Assembly: GCA_951406725.2 (NCBI GenBank)
Contig: OX597818.1
Coordinates: 48,732,001 to 48,796,000 of the forward strand
Direction of reading: 5' to 3'
From: Octopus vulgaris
Taxonomy: Eukaryota
Length of the DNA: 64,000 nt
Part shown: positions 1 through 11,779 of the stretch, in pieces
How the letters are laid out: every line of letters begins with the position of its first letter
Position numbering within the stretch: the first letter of the stretch is position 1
The notes under the pieces: model-generated
What the model was told of the DNA's origin: nothing
Databases searched by the model: none
What the model saw: the letters and a program-made list of their open reading frames with translations, nothing else
Position numbers and translations under genes: made by a program

Positions 1-205
1 TGGGTTTTGGATAGAAAATTCACAAAAAAGTCACTTCTATTGATTTTTTAATGGCTTTGCGGGGTGACTAGGGAAATGTAAAGATGTGCACGACCACCCT
101 TGGATGGTTTTGAATGACCTTAGAAAGTGTGAGCCCTCTAACTGAAAAATTGTGGATTTGTATAAAGGAAACGCACACAGACATTTTGCCATTTATATAT
201 AGAGA
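1..205 (-). mobile_element. Helitron-like non-autonomous element, 5' part (runs off window start)
   Basis: Minus strand begins TCTCTATATATAAATGGCAAAATGTCTGTGTG, the same TC+TATATAAA start as the complete Helitrons at 7201, 37166 and 48242. Confidence 0.45.
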
Positions 206-1085
206 GAAATATTGCTCTATATAATTTATGTAGTTCAGATAATAAAATACTACAGACATACACCCTGTTCATAAACATCATACATTTCATTGTACTGTTT
301 ATTTCACTTCTGTTTCTCCTCAACCTAACTCACCAACCTCCTGTTAACAAACACCCCAACCATTACATCTAAATCACTTGCTTGTTCCCTTTTACTAATG
401 CTACCACTATCGTTAAATATCATCTGCTCTTTGTAGGTTGAATACTTTGTGAATACCATAGATTGCTATTTCAGTCTCTCTTTTTGCTGCCTTGGATTCA
501 CTGTATTTTAAGTCTGATAAATTCTTGATGTTATCCATCCCTGTAATTCTTAGCTTTCCTATTCAGCTTTCCCTTTCATTTTGCCTTCTTATTAATAATC
601 TCTAATTAACCCTTTTGATAATAAACTTCCTGAGATCACGCCTGATTCTATCTATGTTCCCCATTTCCTGCTTTAAAGTGTTCTAGCTTAAAATTTTCTG
701 GCAAAATTTCATGTTAATTTATGTTGACTTATGTTAATTTATGTTCTGAAAATTCATGTTAATTTATGTTCTGAACATCAGTTTAATAACGAGAGAGTTA
801 TTTTTTCTAAATTCTTCATTATTTTCAAAATAAATTGAAACAAAGGCATTGTATTCCAACAGAAATGTGGTAATGAAATGAAATGATTAAATCATCACCA
901 TCATCATCTAACATCCACTTTTCAATACTTGCATGGGTCAGAGGGAATTTGTTGAGACAGATTTACTATGACTGGAATACCTTTACTGTTGTTAACCATT
1001 ATTCGTTTAATATTTCTCATGGCTAAAGGCAGGGAGCCGGCAGAAACATTAAATGCTTATGAAGCATTTACGTTAAATGCTATGA

Positions 1086-1410
1086 AGGCGGTGAGCTGGC
1101 AGAAATGTTAGCACGCTGGGCAAAATGCTTATTGGTATTTCGTCTGCCACTACATTCTGAGTTCAAATTCCGCCGAGGTTGACTTTGCCTTTCATCCTTT
1201 CAGGGTCGATTAAATAAGTACCACTTACGCACCGGGGTCGATTAAATAAGTACCACTTACGCACCGGGGTCGATTAAATAAATACCAGTTACGCACCGGG
1301 GTCGATATAATTGACTTAATCAGTTTGTCTGTCCTTGTTTGTCCTCTCTGTGTTTAGCCTCTTGTGGGTAGTAAAGAAATAGGTATTTCGTCTGTCTTTA
1401 CATTCTGATT
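1086..1410 (+). mobile_element. tRNA-derived SINE, family A
   Basis: Pol III A/B-box-like head (GGTGAGCTGGCAGAA ... GAGTTCAAATTCC) and body shared with about 10 copies in the window; internal ~32-bp unit triplicated at ~1203-1310. Confidence 0.85.
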
Positions 1411-1689
1411 CAAATCGACTTTCAGGTCGACTTTCAGGGATGTTTGACCTCATGACTGGCACAAACTGATTTTAGGATTGATCTGAGATCAGACAAGGAT
1501 TCTGGATTATTTTTCCTGTTTTTTTTTACTTAATTTTTGTGAGTTGTCGGGTTCATTTTTAGTATTATCGTTTGTGAGAGCAGCCGAGTTTATTTCAGAT
1601 ATTCTCATTTTAAAAATCATCTCTGGTTAATCATTGAGAAGATGCTGGTGTTGCCTTGGTAGAGGTTTGCACTCTCTGAGAGCTCTTGT

Positions 1690-1840
1690 TTCTTATTGAT
1701 TTCCATTGATTTTCTTTTCTTTATATTCATTTCCATCCCATAGATATTCCTCATTTACTGTGGTTATCAGCTTCGTTAGATTGACAGTTAATAAAGCAGT
1801 ATCATTTGCATATTTAAGGTTGTTGATGTTTATATTTCCT
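1690..1840 (-). mobile_element. RTE-like reverse transcriptase fragment
   Basis: Minus strand reads GNININNLKYANDTA, a decayed INNLRYADDT motif. Confidence 0.55.
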
Positions 1841-2066
1841 TTATCATTTATCATTTACTTGTGTTAGCCATTAGACTGTGGCCATGCTGGGGTACCACCA
1901 TGAAAAAGTTTTAGCCGGTTGAATCTACCTCTTTATTTACTTTTTTAAAGTCTGGTACTTATTCCATCAGTCTCTTTTACTGAACTGCTAAGTTATGGGA
2001 ATGTTAACACAACAACATTGGTTGTAAAGCAGTGGTGGTGGGGAGGACAAGCACACACACATACAT

Positions 2067-2112
<46 letters not shown>

Positions 2113-2324
2113 CTTTCAGTTTTTGTCAACCAAATTCACTCACAAGTCTTTGGTCGCCTCAAGGCTATAGCAGAAGACATTTGCCCAAGGCGCCACACAG
2201 TGGGACTGAACCCAAAACCATATGGTAGGAAGCAAGCTTCTTACCCCACACCCACCACTGCACCTATAGATACTCCTGTAGATACTTCTGGCATGTCTTC
2301 TACTTCTTTGAAGATTTCAGTACA

Positions 2325-2666
2325 TTGGTTAAATACTCTCAACCATTTTTCATCTATGGACCCCTTTGGTTACTATATAATTCTGGTGGACCCCATAGCC
2401 CTTCGATGTTTAAAAACTAGTTTTATAGAAACTTCTTACAAAATTCCTAATTCATTTTTGACACGTTAACTTGTGTATGTTGAACTATTAAAATGGTGGA
2501 ACAAGAAACCTCACTCTTTTTTGCAATACATACCAAAATGTAGATCTAAATCAGGGGACCTTAAAATACTGTTGTGGACCTCCAATTTACTATTTTGTTA
2601 CATGAATCCCAAAAAATCTTATATGGATCCTCAGGAGCTATATGGACCCTGGTTGAGAACTACTGG
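2325..2666. mobile_element. Decayed hAT-like MITE
   Basis: Ends CTCAACC... / ...GGTTGAGAACTACTG; related to the element at 39516-40534. Confidence 0.45.
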
Positions 2667-2797
2667 TCAAGAGGATAGTATACATCCATGCCTGATCCCT
2701 TTCCGAATATTCAGCTTAAATCATAAATCCCGTCCCCTATTTAGTTCAGATAGTTCCGATGGTCACAGTTCATTTCCAATATATTGTTATTATTTTT

Positions 2798-3195
2798 AAG
2801 GTGGCAAGTTGGCAGAATTGTTAGCACGCTGGGTGAAATGCATAGCGGTATTTTGCCTGTCATTACGTTCTGAGTTCAAATTCCGCCAAGGTTGACTTTG
2901 CCTTTCATCCTTTCGGGGTCGATAAATTAAGTACCAGTTATGCACTGGGGTCGATATAATCGACGCAATCCATTTGTCTGTCCTTGTTTGTCCTCTCTGT
3001 GTTTAGCCCCTTGTGGGTAATAAAGAAATAGGCATTTTGCCTGTCGCTACGTTCCAAGTTCAAATTCTGCTGAGATTGATTTTTGCTTTTTATCCTTTTG
3101 GAGTCAATAAAGTAAGTACTAGTGAAACACTGGGGTCGATGTAATCGACTTATCCCCTCCCCCAAATGTCAGGCCTTGTACCTATAGTAGAAAGT
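2798..3195 (+). mobile_element. SINE family A (with partial second unit)
   Basis: Same head and body as 1086-1410. Confidence 0.8.
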
Positions 3196-3325
3196 ATTAT
3201 TTGGAGGTCTTTATAACATATGCTGAGTGCTAGCAGATGTTTTATTATCGTTTGATGGTTTACTTTACTAAATACCTTGGTGCCATCTATGAAACATATG
3301 AATTATGTCTAGAGTTTTTTCACAT

Positions 3326-3735
3326 AGGCGTAGGAGTGGTTGTGTAGTAAGTAGCTTGCTTACGAACCATATGGTTCCGGGTTCAGTCCCACTGCGTAGC
3401 ACCTTGGGTAAGTGTCTTCTACTATAGCCTCGGGCTGACCAAAGCCTTGTGAGTGGATTTGGTAAATGAAAACTGATAGAAGCCCATCATATATATATAT
3501 GTATGTGTGTGTGTGTGTGTATGTATGTGTGTGTATATGTTTGTCCCCCCAACATTGCTTGACAACCGATGCTGGTGTGTTTATGTCCCCGTAACTTAGT
3601 GGTTCGGCATAAGACACCGATAGAATAAGTACTAGGCTTACAAAGAATAAGTCCTGGGGTTGATTTGCTCGACTAAAAGGCGGTGCTCCAGCTTGGCCAC
3701 AGTCAAATGAACTGAAAGAAGGAGAAGAGTAAAGA
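3326..3735 (+). mobile_element. tRNA-derived SINE, family B
   Basis: GGCGTAGGAGTGG head, B box GGGTTCAGTCCC, ACCTTGGGYAAGTGTCTT core, internal (TA/TG)n and AAGAGT-type tail; more than 15 copies in the window. Confidence 0.85.
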
Positions 3736-3756
3736 GTATACGGTTCTAAAGTTAAC

Positions 3757-3990
3757 TACTTCTTCATGAGTTCCCATTCCAGCTCTGAAAAACTCTTTGC
3801 AGTTGACTTATTTTTTCTTCTGTTCTTTGATGCAATCTCTTTGTTGAATTTCAGGAATTGTTTAGTTCTATGATTCATTTGGTTTAGATTTCTAAACTCT
3901 GTACAGTTTTGATCTGTTGATTTCTTTGGTAACGGTACAAAGATTGCTTCATCTTGGTTGGTATACATTGTAATCATCATTATCATATTA
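3757..3990 (-). mobile_element. RTE-like RT fragment
   Basis: ORF 3756-3986 contains IFVPLPKK...CTEFR.LN.MNH.TK, a decayed RT N-terminal motif. Confidence 0.6.
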
Positions 3991-4165
3991 CATCAGTCTG
4001 TTAGTAGATCTTGGTTGTGGGGTGGATATTTACTGCTTCCTCCACTTTGTGTATTTTATATTTTTGATTTTGTTTTCTGTCATTAGCTTTTATTTTTACC
4101 TTTATTTTTTCTTTGTATGCTCAGATTTTTATATGTATTTTCTACTTCTACTTCTACATGTCTCC

Positions 4166-4266
<101 letters not shown>

Positions 4267-4385
4267 GACGTCCAACCCATGCTAGCATGGAGAACGGACG
4301 TTACGACGATGATGATGATGATGATATATATATATATACACATATACACATATACATATATATATATAATGAAAACATGTATATC

Positions 4386-4782
4386 TCTTATTATAATATA
4401 TATATAAAGCTGAAGTTGTCTGTGTATGACAGGTTTGGTAGCCTTCAACTAGCACTATCTCCTGCGAGTCTCTGCGGCACAAGTTGACCAAAATTGAGAG
4501 TATGATAGAAGAAGGCTTGCTCTTCATTCCATAGAAGATAAAATTAAAATCAGACCATGTTAAGACCAAAAATTATTTACATAAAAAAAAGTGCTTTTTT
4601 TCTATGAAAATCCCTATTTTTTACAATTTTTTTACTGATGTGTCGCCATTTTTCGGTGTATTTCAACCAGAAAAATGTTCACTTAAAGAGAATAACAAGC
4701 TACATAATGCAAAATTTTTACTTTTCAAAAATTCCAATTCTAAAGGGTTGAAACAAACTGCAATGCTGAGCGATGCTGCTAG
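4386..4782 (+). mobile_element. Non-autonomous Helitron
   Basis: 5' TC...TATAAAGCTGAAGTTG; 3' ...GCGATGCTGCTAG|T, similar to the 3' ends at 7714 and 48629. Confidence 0.6.
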
Positions 4783-4795
4783 TATATATATATAA

Positions 4796-5016
4796 TGAAG
4801 ACATTCAATATGTGACTCTGTGTGTATTATTGGCGATTCATTTTCCTCTGTCTTCCCTTCTTTGGATCTTCCCTTTTTCTATGTTTGTGATGAAGAGCTC
4901 CACTCGAAATGTTAAATCCTCCTTCTTTCTTTCCATTCCTGAGCGTCCAATAGCACTATACTTGTTACACATCCTCGTGTTGTGTTTTCTTTTTGTGTTT
5001 TCATGTTTGGATTAAC
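4796..5016 (+). mobile_element. Penelope-like terminal-repeat remnant with degenerate hammerhead motif
   Basis: GTGATGA-A-GAG ctcca CTC-GAAA-TGTT-AAA at 4887-4916; inserted in (TA)n; resembles 7900-8505 and 53171-53300. Confidence 0.5.
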
Positions 5017-5040
5017 TATATATATATATATATATATATA

Positions 5041-5310
5041 TCATCATCATCATCATCGTTTAGCGTCCACTTTCCATGCTAGCATGGGTTGGACAGGTTC
5101 AACTGGGGTCTGGGAAGCCAGAAGGCTGCACCAGGCTCAGTTTGATCTGGCAATGTTTCTACAGCTGGATGCCCTTCCTAACGCCAACCACTCAATGAGT
5201 GTAGTGGGTGCTTTTTACGTGCCACCAGCACAGGTGCCAGACGAGTCTGGCAAATGGCCACGATCGGATGGTGCTTTTTATGTGCCACCGGCACGGGGGC
5301 CAGGCGAGGC
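5041..5310 (-). mobile_element. Repeat family C (RTE-LINE 3' UTR-derived, (GAT)n tail)
   Basis: Shared body GGTTGGCGTTAGGAAGGGCATCCAGC...AACCCATGCTAGCATGG...(GAT)n; at least 14 copies in the window. Confidence 0.8.
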
Positions 5311-5451
5311 TGTATATATATATACATATACACATACATATATATATATACATATATATATCTGTAAATGTAATATGTGACAATTATTCAGTAGCCATGA
5401 TAAAACTCCATGATAAAAATGCTATGAAAATAGCATATTTTTCAATGGGCG

Positions 5452-5512
5452 GATAATTGAAGAGATGGCGGTGTGGATTTCCACTCCGACATCCGAAACT
5501 CTGAGTTTTATC
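5452..5512 (+). ncRNA. Type I hammerhead-like motif inside a 50-bp inverted repeat (5359-5408/5503-5552)
   Basis: Stem I GATAA/TTATC, core TTGAAGA (C3->U), long stem II GATG..CGG.GTGGA/TCCAC.CCG.CATC, GAAA, stem III ACTC/GAGT. Confidence 0.55.
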
Positions 5513-5619
5513 ATGGCTACCGAATAGTTGTCACATATTACATTTACAGATAAATTCCTCTATTTACATAATATCGAGGTCTCTTTCAATCTTTTGTTGT
5601 CTTACCATTTTTATCAATA

Positions 5620-5683
<64 letters not shown>

Positions 5684-5689
5684 CACTGG

Positions 5690-6065
5690 AGTGGCATTCT
5701 GGGTTCAGTCCCACTGTATGGCACCTTGGGCAAGTGTCTTCTATTATAGCCTCAGGCCAACCAAAGCCTTGTGAGTGGATTTGGTAGAGGGAAACTGAAA
5801 GAAGCCTGTCATATATATGTATGTGTGTGTGTGTGTGTGTGTGTTCGTGTGTTTGTGTTTGTCCCCTTCCCCCCTAACATCACTTGACATGCGATGCTGG
5901 TGTGTTTACATCCCCTTAACTTAGTGGTTCGGCAAAAAGAGACCGATAAAATAAGTATTAGGCTTACAAAGAATAAGTCCTGGGGGTCAATTTGCTTGAC
6001 TAAAAGGTGGTGCTCCAGCATGGCTGCAGTCAATTGACTGAAACAAGTAAAAGAATAAAAGAAAA
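5690..6065 (+). mobile_element. SINE family B
   Basis: Body matches 3326-3735. Confidence 0.8.
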
Positions 6066-6079
6066 AGATATATATATCT

Positions 6080-6197
6080 CTTTCTCTCTTTCTCTTTTAC
6101 TTGTTTCAGTCATTTGACTGCGGCCATGCTGGACCACCGTCTCTCTCTCTCTCTTTCCCTCTTACTGTATAAATATATGTATATATGTATATGTATG

Positions 6198-6247
<50 letters not shown>

Positions 6248-6580
6248 AAGACCGGGACTTATTCTTTGTAAGCCCAGTACTTATTCTATCGGTCTCTTTT
6301 TGCCGAACCACTAAGTGACGGGGACGTAAACACACCAGCATCGGTTGTCAAGCAATGCTAGGGGGACAAACACAGACACACAAACACACATACATATATA
6401 TATATATACATATATACGACAGGCTTCTTTCAGTTTCCGTCTACCAAAATCCACTCACAAGGCATTGGTCGGCCCGGGGCTATAGCAGAAGACACTTGCC
6501 CAAGATGCCACGCAGTGGGACTGAACCCGGAACCATGAGGTTGGTTAGCAAGCTACTTACCACACAGCCACTCCTGCGCC
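6080..6580 (-). mobile_element. SINE family B (interrupted by microsatellite)
   Basis: Reverse-complement match; tail-to-tail with 5690-6065. Confidence 0.8.
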
Positions 6581-6673
<93 letters not shown>

Positions 6674-6993
6674 CATATTCATTTGTGTGAGTGCATTTGA
6701 GCATATCAGTAGTTTAAGAGGTTAAGTTTGTTATCTCAATAAACCTATATGTTTATTTAAGCTTAGGTACATGTTTGTTAATAGGTGCATATTCCCTCCC
6801 AGGGAGAGTGGGTGGAGAAGATAAATAGCTGGAGGCGTGCATATGTATAAAACATGTGTGAGTTTCATATGTACTTGTGAAGGAATAAATATATACGTGT
6901 GCGTATGCCTGTCTGTCTGTCTATCTAGCCATCTATCTATCTATCCGTCTCTCTCTCTCTTTCCCTCTTACTGTATATATATATGTATATATG

Positions 6994-7025
<32 letters not shown>

Positions 7026-7043
7026 TGTATGTATGTATGTATG

Positions 7044-7091
<48 letters not shown>

Positions 7092-7200
7092 ATGACCAAT
7101 CAGACCATCAGATGTTGTTACACATCGTTGGTCACAATGTGTTTGCATTGTTTTAGCCTTCAAATGACGCCACCCTGCTGGCTAAGCAAGCAGGCCAATA

Positions 7201-7714
7201 TCTATATATATAAAACTGTAGTTGTGTGAGTGTCTGTCCCCTTTGATTTAGATTCCTAACTACTCCCACATTTTGCGGTGCAGTTTAAGCAAATTTGGGT
7301 ATCTTATAGTCGTGATTCATATCGAGCCTGTCTGACTATTAGCGCGCGTCAACGATGAGTCTACGATTTTAAAAATAATTTAACATCATTTTTTTATTCC
7401 ATTTTAATGCATAATTTTTCGTGTGTCGATGGCGGCGGAGTTGGCGTCCATGGTCACACCTGCATCTGTTTGCTTCTCCCCCTTCTTCCCTCCCTCGTGA
7501 AGCTGTGGGGAAGGGAGTGTAAGGAAATCAACGTCGTAAAGCATTGTCAAGGAGACCAGCGTTCTTTTAGAACAACGACTTCATGGCTTGAAGACACCAA
7601 AACAGAAATGGCTAAGAAAGCCCAAATTGGCATCTATAAGGGAAGTAACTCTCTAAAAATGCTTATATAGTTATTTCCCTTACAAACCCGTGCAACGCCG
7701 GGTGATACTGCTAG
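7201..7714 (+). mobile_element. Non-autonomous Helitron
   Basis: A|TC 5' end, subterminal hairpin CCCG..CAACGC.CGGG, CTAG|T 3' end; homologous to 36861-37166 and 48242-48629. Confidence 0.85.
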
Positions 7715-7774
7715 TATATATATATATATATTCATTTCTTTTCAGATCAAATTGACCCTAATAATGGCAGAAGC

Positions 7775-7890
7775 ATGACTAAGTTTTGAAGAAAGAACAT
7801 TTTTCATTAAGTGCTACTGGAAACACAAAGACGTCATGGAAGGGCAAGGACAATTTAGAAGACCTTTTTCCCAAAGATCCACCAACATGA
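7775..7890 (+). mobile_element. Tc1/mariner transposase N-terminal fragment
   Basis: Reads LSFEERTFFIKCYWKHKDV.EGQGQFRR..(fs)..DPPT, like the N-terminal HTH of mariner-group transposases. Confidence 0.45.
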
Positions 7891-7964
7891 TATATTACTT
7901 CACCATGATAGATCACTAGCCACTATACCTTTTTCTATTTTCTCTCCCTGTTTATTTCTGTGTT

Positions 7965-8002
7965 TCTTTCTGGTGAAGAGCATAGGCTCGAAACGTAAAA
8001 GA
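7965..8002 (+). ncRNA. Minimal type I hammerhead-like motif in Penelope-like repeat (7900-8505, split by SINE B)
   Basis: TCTTT-CTGGTGA-A-GAGC atag GCTC-GAAA-CGTA-AAAGA: stem I TCTTT/AAAGA, 4-bp stem II, palindromic ACGT stem III; A6->G. Confidence 0.55.
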
Positions 8003-8032
8003 CTTTCTCACTTCTCGAGTGCTAAACTAATA

Positions 8033-8450
8033 TACTCTTTTACTCTTTTACTCTTTTACTTGTTTCAGTCATTTGACTGCAGCCATGCTGGACCACCACC
8101 TTTAATCGAACAACTCGACCCCGGGACTTATTCTTTTGTAAGCCCAGTACTTATTCTTTCGGTCTCTTTTGTCGAACCGCTAAGTGATGGGGACGTAAAC
8201 ACACCAGCATCGGTTGTCAAGCAATGCTAGGGGGACAAACACAGACACACAAACACACACACGCATATATATATATACATATATACGACGGGCTTCTTTC
8301 AGTTTCCGTCGACCAAATCCACTCACAAGGTTTTGGTCGGCCCGAGGCTATAGTAGAAGACACTTGCCCAAGGTGCCACGCAGTGGGACTGAACCCAGAA
8401 CCATGTGGTTGGTAAACAAGCTACTTACCACACAGCCACTCCTGTGCCTA
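8033..8450 (-). mobile_element. SINE family B
   Basis: Full-length reverse-complement copy. Confidence 0.85.
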
Positions 8451-8505
8451 TATCAGTTTGTTGTTTACACACCTGTCTTCGTCTTTTGTTTTTTGTAAAT
8501 TCTCA

Positions 8506-8536
<31 letters not shown>

Positions 8537-8538
8537 CA

Positions 8539-8585
<47 letters not shown>

Positions 8586-8687
8586 TCATAAATATATATA
8601 TATATATATATAATCCCCTGTGCTTAACCCTTCTTTGTGTGTTCAACACCTAGCCATGAGGTCTTTTCTCCCTCCACTCTGAAGAGA

Positions 8688-8770
8688 GGTTATAGACCAT
8701 TTCCCATTAGATTCGGATGAGACCCTTATGGACAGGAAATCCAGAGTAACCCCATAGAATGGTCATAACT
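8688..8770 (+). ncRNA. Degenerate copy of the 56249-56357 hammerhead family
   Basis: GTTATAGA...CGGATGAGA..CTTATGGACA.GAAA.CC.G.GTAACCC...ATAACT aligns with 56249-56357; outer stem GGTTAT(A)GACCATT/AATGGTCATAACT. Confidence 0.55.
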
Positions 8771-8867
8771 GTCTTTACCTAAATACCCACACATACACAC
8801 ACACACTCATGCATTCACACACATATACATTTTCATATATACACACACTCATATATAAATATATATA

Positions 8868-10139
8868 CAGGGGTTGGTCAAAATAATGGAAATACCTAGC
8901 ATCATAGCATCATAATTTTGAAATATCTATAAAACTGTCAAAAGATTTTTATTTTTATATTTTTTGATTTATTATTAGTGTTGCTTAATATGTTTTGCTA
9001 AAATTGTTGTTTCTTTTCAGATATCATCAGAAAAAGGTAATCAAAATTCATTAAAATGACAGATCTAGCTGACTTTCAAAGATGTCAAATTGTTGGTGCT
9101 CATATGGCAGCTGCTAGTGTAACAAAAACAGCCGAAATGTTTGGTGCATCAAGAAGTACTGTCTCGAAAGTAATGACAGCCTTTGAGAAAGAGGGAGAAA
9201 TCTTTTTGTCGAAACAAAACTCTGGAAGAAAACCAAAACTTTCAGATAAGAACCGTCGGACTCTTATGTGAATAGTTAGAAAGGATCACAAAAGTACAGC
9301 TCCCAAAATTACTGCAGAACTTAATAACCACCTCAAGAACCCAGTTTCCACAAAAACTGTTCACCAGGAGCTGCACAAAGCCGGATTTCACAGGAGTGCT
9401 GCAATCAGAAAACCACTACTTTCAAAAATAAATGTTGCAAAGCGTTTAAAGTGGAATAAAAACCTACAGAATTGCTCCCTAGAGCAGTGGTAGAATGTTA
9501 TTTACTCACACAAGTCATCCTTTACAATATGTCTAACCACCAGCTGAGTATACATGTGGAGACAGCCAAAAGAAGCATTTGACCTAGACTGTCTTCTTCC
9601 AACTGTTAAACATGGAAGAGGATCTGTGTTGATGTGGGGGCTATATCTTGGAAATCTGCTGGCCCAATGGTTTCCCTTCATAACAGAATTAATAGTCAAG
9701 ACTATTTAAGCATTTTATCTGATCAAATTCATCCTATGGTTGTGGAACTATTTCTGGAGGGAAACGCAATCTTTCAGGATGATAATGCACCAATTCACAC
9801 ACCTAAAGTTGTTACTGAATGGCACAAGAAACATTCTAGTGAAGTTGAACATCTTATCTGGCCCCCACAGTCCCCAGATCTCAATATTATTGAACATTTA
9901 TGGTGCATTTTAGAAAAGCAATTAAGGAGTCGATATCCTCCACCATCATCACTACAAGAACTGGAGACTGTTTTAGCTGAAGAATGAACAAAAATTCCTT
10001 TGGAAACAATTAAAACTTTGTACGAGTCCATACCTCATAGAATTCAAGCTGTAATTACTGCCAAAGTGCAGTCCTACCCCATATTAAAATAAATTTGTTT
10101 GAAATTTTAAGGTGTTTCCATTATTTTGTCCAACCCCTG
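8868..10139 (+). mobile_element. Full-length Tc1-family DNA transposon (DD36E), 1272 bp
   Basis: TA flanks (8866-8867, 10140-10141); ~30-bp TIRs CAGGGGTTGGTCAAAATAATGGAAATACCT with 2 mismatches. Confidence 0.95.
9056..10087 (+). pseudogene. Tc1-like transposase pseudogene
   Basis: HTH start MTDLADFQRCQIVG..., GRKPKLS linker, FQDDNAPIH...WPPQSPDLNIIE; stops (9269-9271, 9985-9987) and frameshifts. Confidence 0.92.
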
Positions 10140-10297
10140 TACATGTATGTGTGTGTGTATGCTAACAATTTCACAAACCTGGGCTAAAGAAGGTACTGGA
10201 CTGTATGCTGTTGGAAATTTGATATTGTACCTGTATCTTGCACAAAATTTTTTATGCATGAATGTGCATGTGTATGTGTGTGTGTGTGTGTATATAG

Positions 10298-10341
<44 letters not shown>

Positions 10342-10625
10342 TTGTATGATCAGTTTATTACCGCTCTACCATCTGGTCAGATGTTTTGACTTGTCTTGTT
10401 AGAAAAGACTTGTGGTATTGGTCATATGGTCTATGAGTGTGTGTGTGTGTGTGATTAAAAAGGTAGAAGAATTTGTGACTGGTGGGGTAGTAGGAGTAGA
10501 AAGAGGATATATGGAAGGGTAGAGGAGCATACAAGCTAATATTGGAACTGGTAATAGTACAGATACTTATATTAGTAGTTGCAGAAAGGAAAAATAATAA
10601 AAACAGCAATTGAAGAATTCTAACC

Positions 10626-11062
10626 AAGGAGGCGAGCTGGCAGAAACGTTAGCACACCAAGCGAAATGCGTATCTGTATTTCGTCTGCCGTAACGTTCTG
10701 GGTTCAAATTCCGCTGAGGTCGACTTTGCCTTTTGTCCTTTCCAAACTAATTTTTATCGGGGTCGATAAATTAAGTAGCAGTTATGCACTATGGGGTCGA
10801 TGTAATCGATCCGTTTGTCTGTCCTTGTTTGTCCCCTCTGTGTTTAGCCCCTTGTGGGTAGTAAAGAAATATATATACGTATTTTTCATTATTATGGCGG
10901 CTTAGCAGAAATGTTAACACGGGTGAAATGCGTAGCAAACTAATTTTTATCGGGGTCGATAAATTAAGTAGCAGTTATGCACTGGGGGTCGATGTAATCG
11001 ATCCGTTTGTCTGTCCTTGTTTGTCCCCTCTGTGTTTAGCCCCTTGTGAGCAGTAAAGAGAT
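10626..11062 (+). mobile_element. SINE family A with duplicated 3' half
   Basis: AAACTAATTTTTATCGGGGTCG... segment present at ~10744 and ~10937. Confidence 0.8.
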
Positions 11063-11704
11063 AAATAAATAATTATTAAAATAATAATGATTGAGAGTAC
11101 TTGTAGCAAAAGTACTTAGAAGAACAAAAAAAAAAAAAAATAATGGTTAATAATAGCAATAATAATAATAATCATGATGACTGAAATAAAGAGCAATAAT
11201 AATAATTATACTCAAGGTGTAAGAATACAGTCAATTAGGCAAGCAAAAAAAAACAACACAAAAGCAAGAGAACAGAGAGGGGGGGGAGGTTGAAAGATAC
11301 TGAGAGAGATAGAGAGAAAGAGATAGATAGACAGACAGATAGATAGATAGAGAGAGAGAGATTGAGTGGGAGAAAAGTAAAGGTTATTTGTATTGTATTT
11401 TTACCATGCAAATATGGCAGACGATGCTAAAAGAGAATGTAGTGATTGGGGCTAGGATGCTTTCACTGAAGTATAGGTTATCTTCCTCCTCCTCCCCCAG
11501 CTTCTGTAATACTGTCTTGTCTCTCTCTTTCATTGACCTTCTCCCCATGGCTTCTCCACCCTCCCAATACCTTCTGGTGTTTCTGTCTGTCTGTCTGTCT
11601 ATCTGTCCTGCCCCTTTCACCTCCATTGACATCCACCTGTCTCTCATTTCACTCCTACTCTCCCTCCCACTGTAGCTTCTCTGCTGCTTCAGTACCCTCC
11701 CATC

Positions 11705-11779
<75 letters not shown>

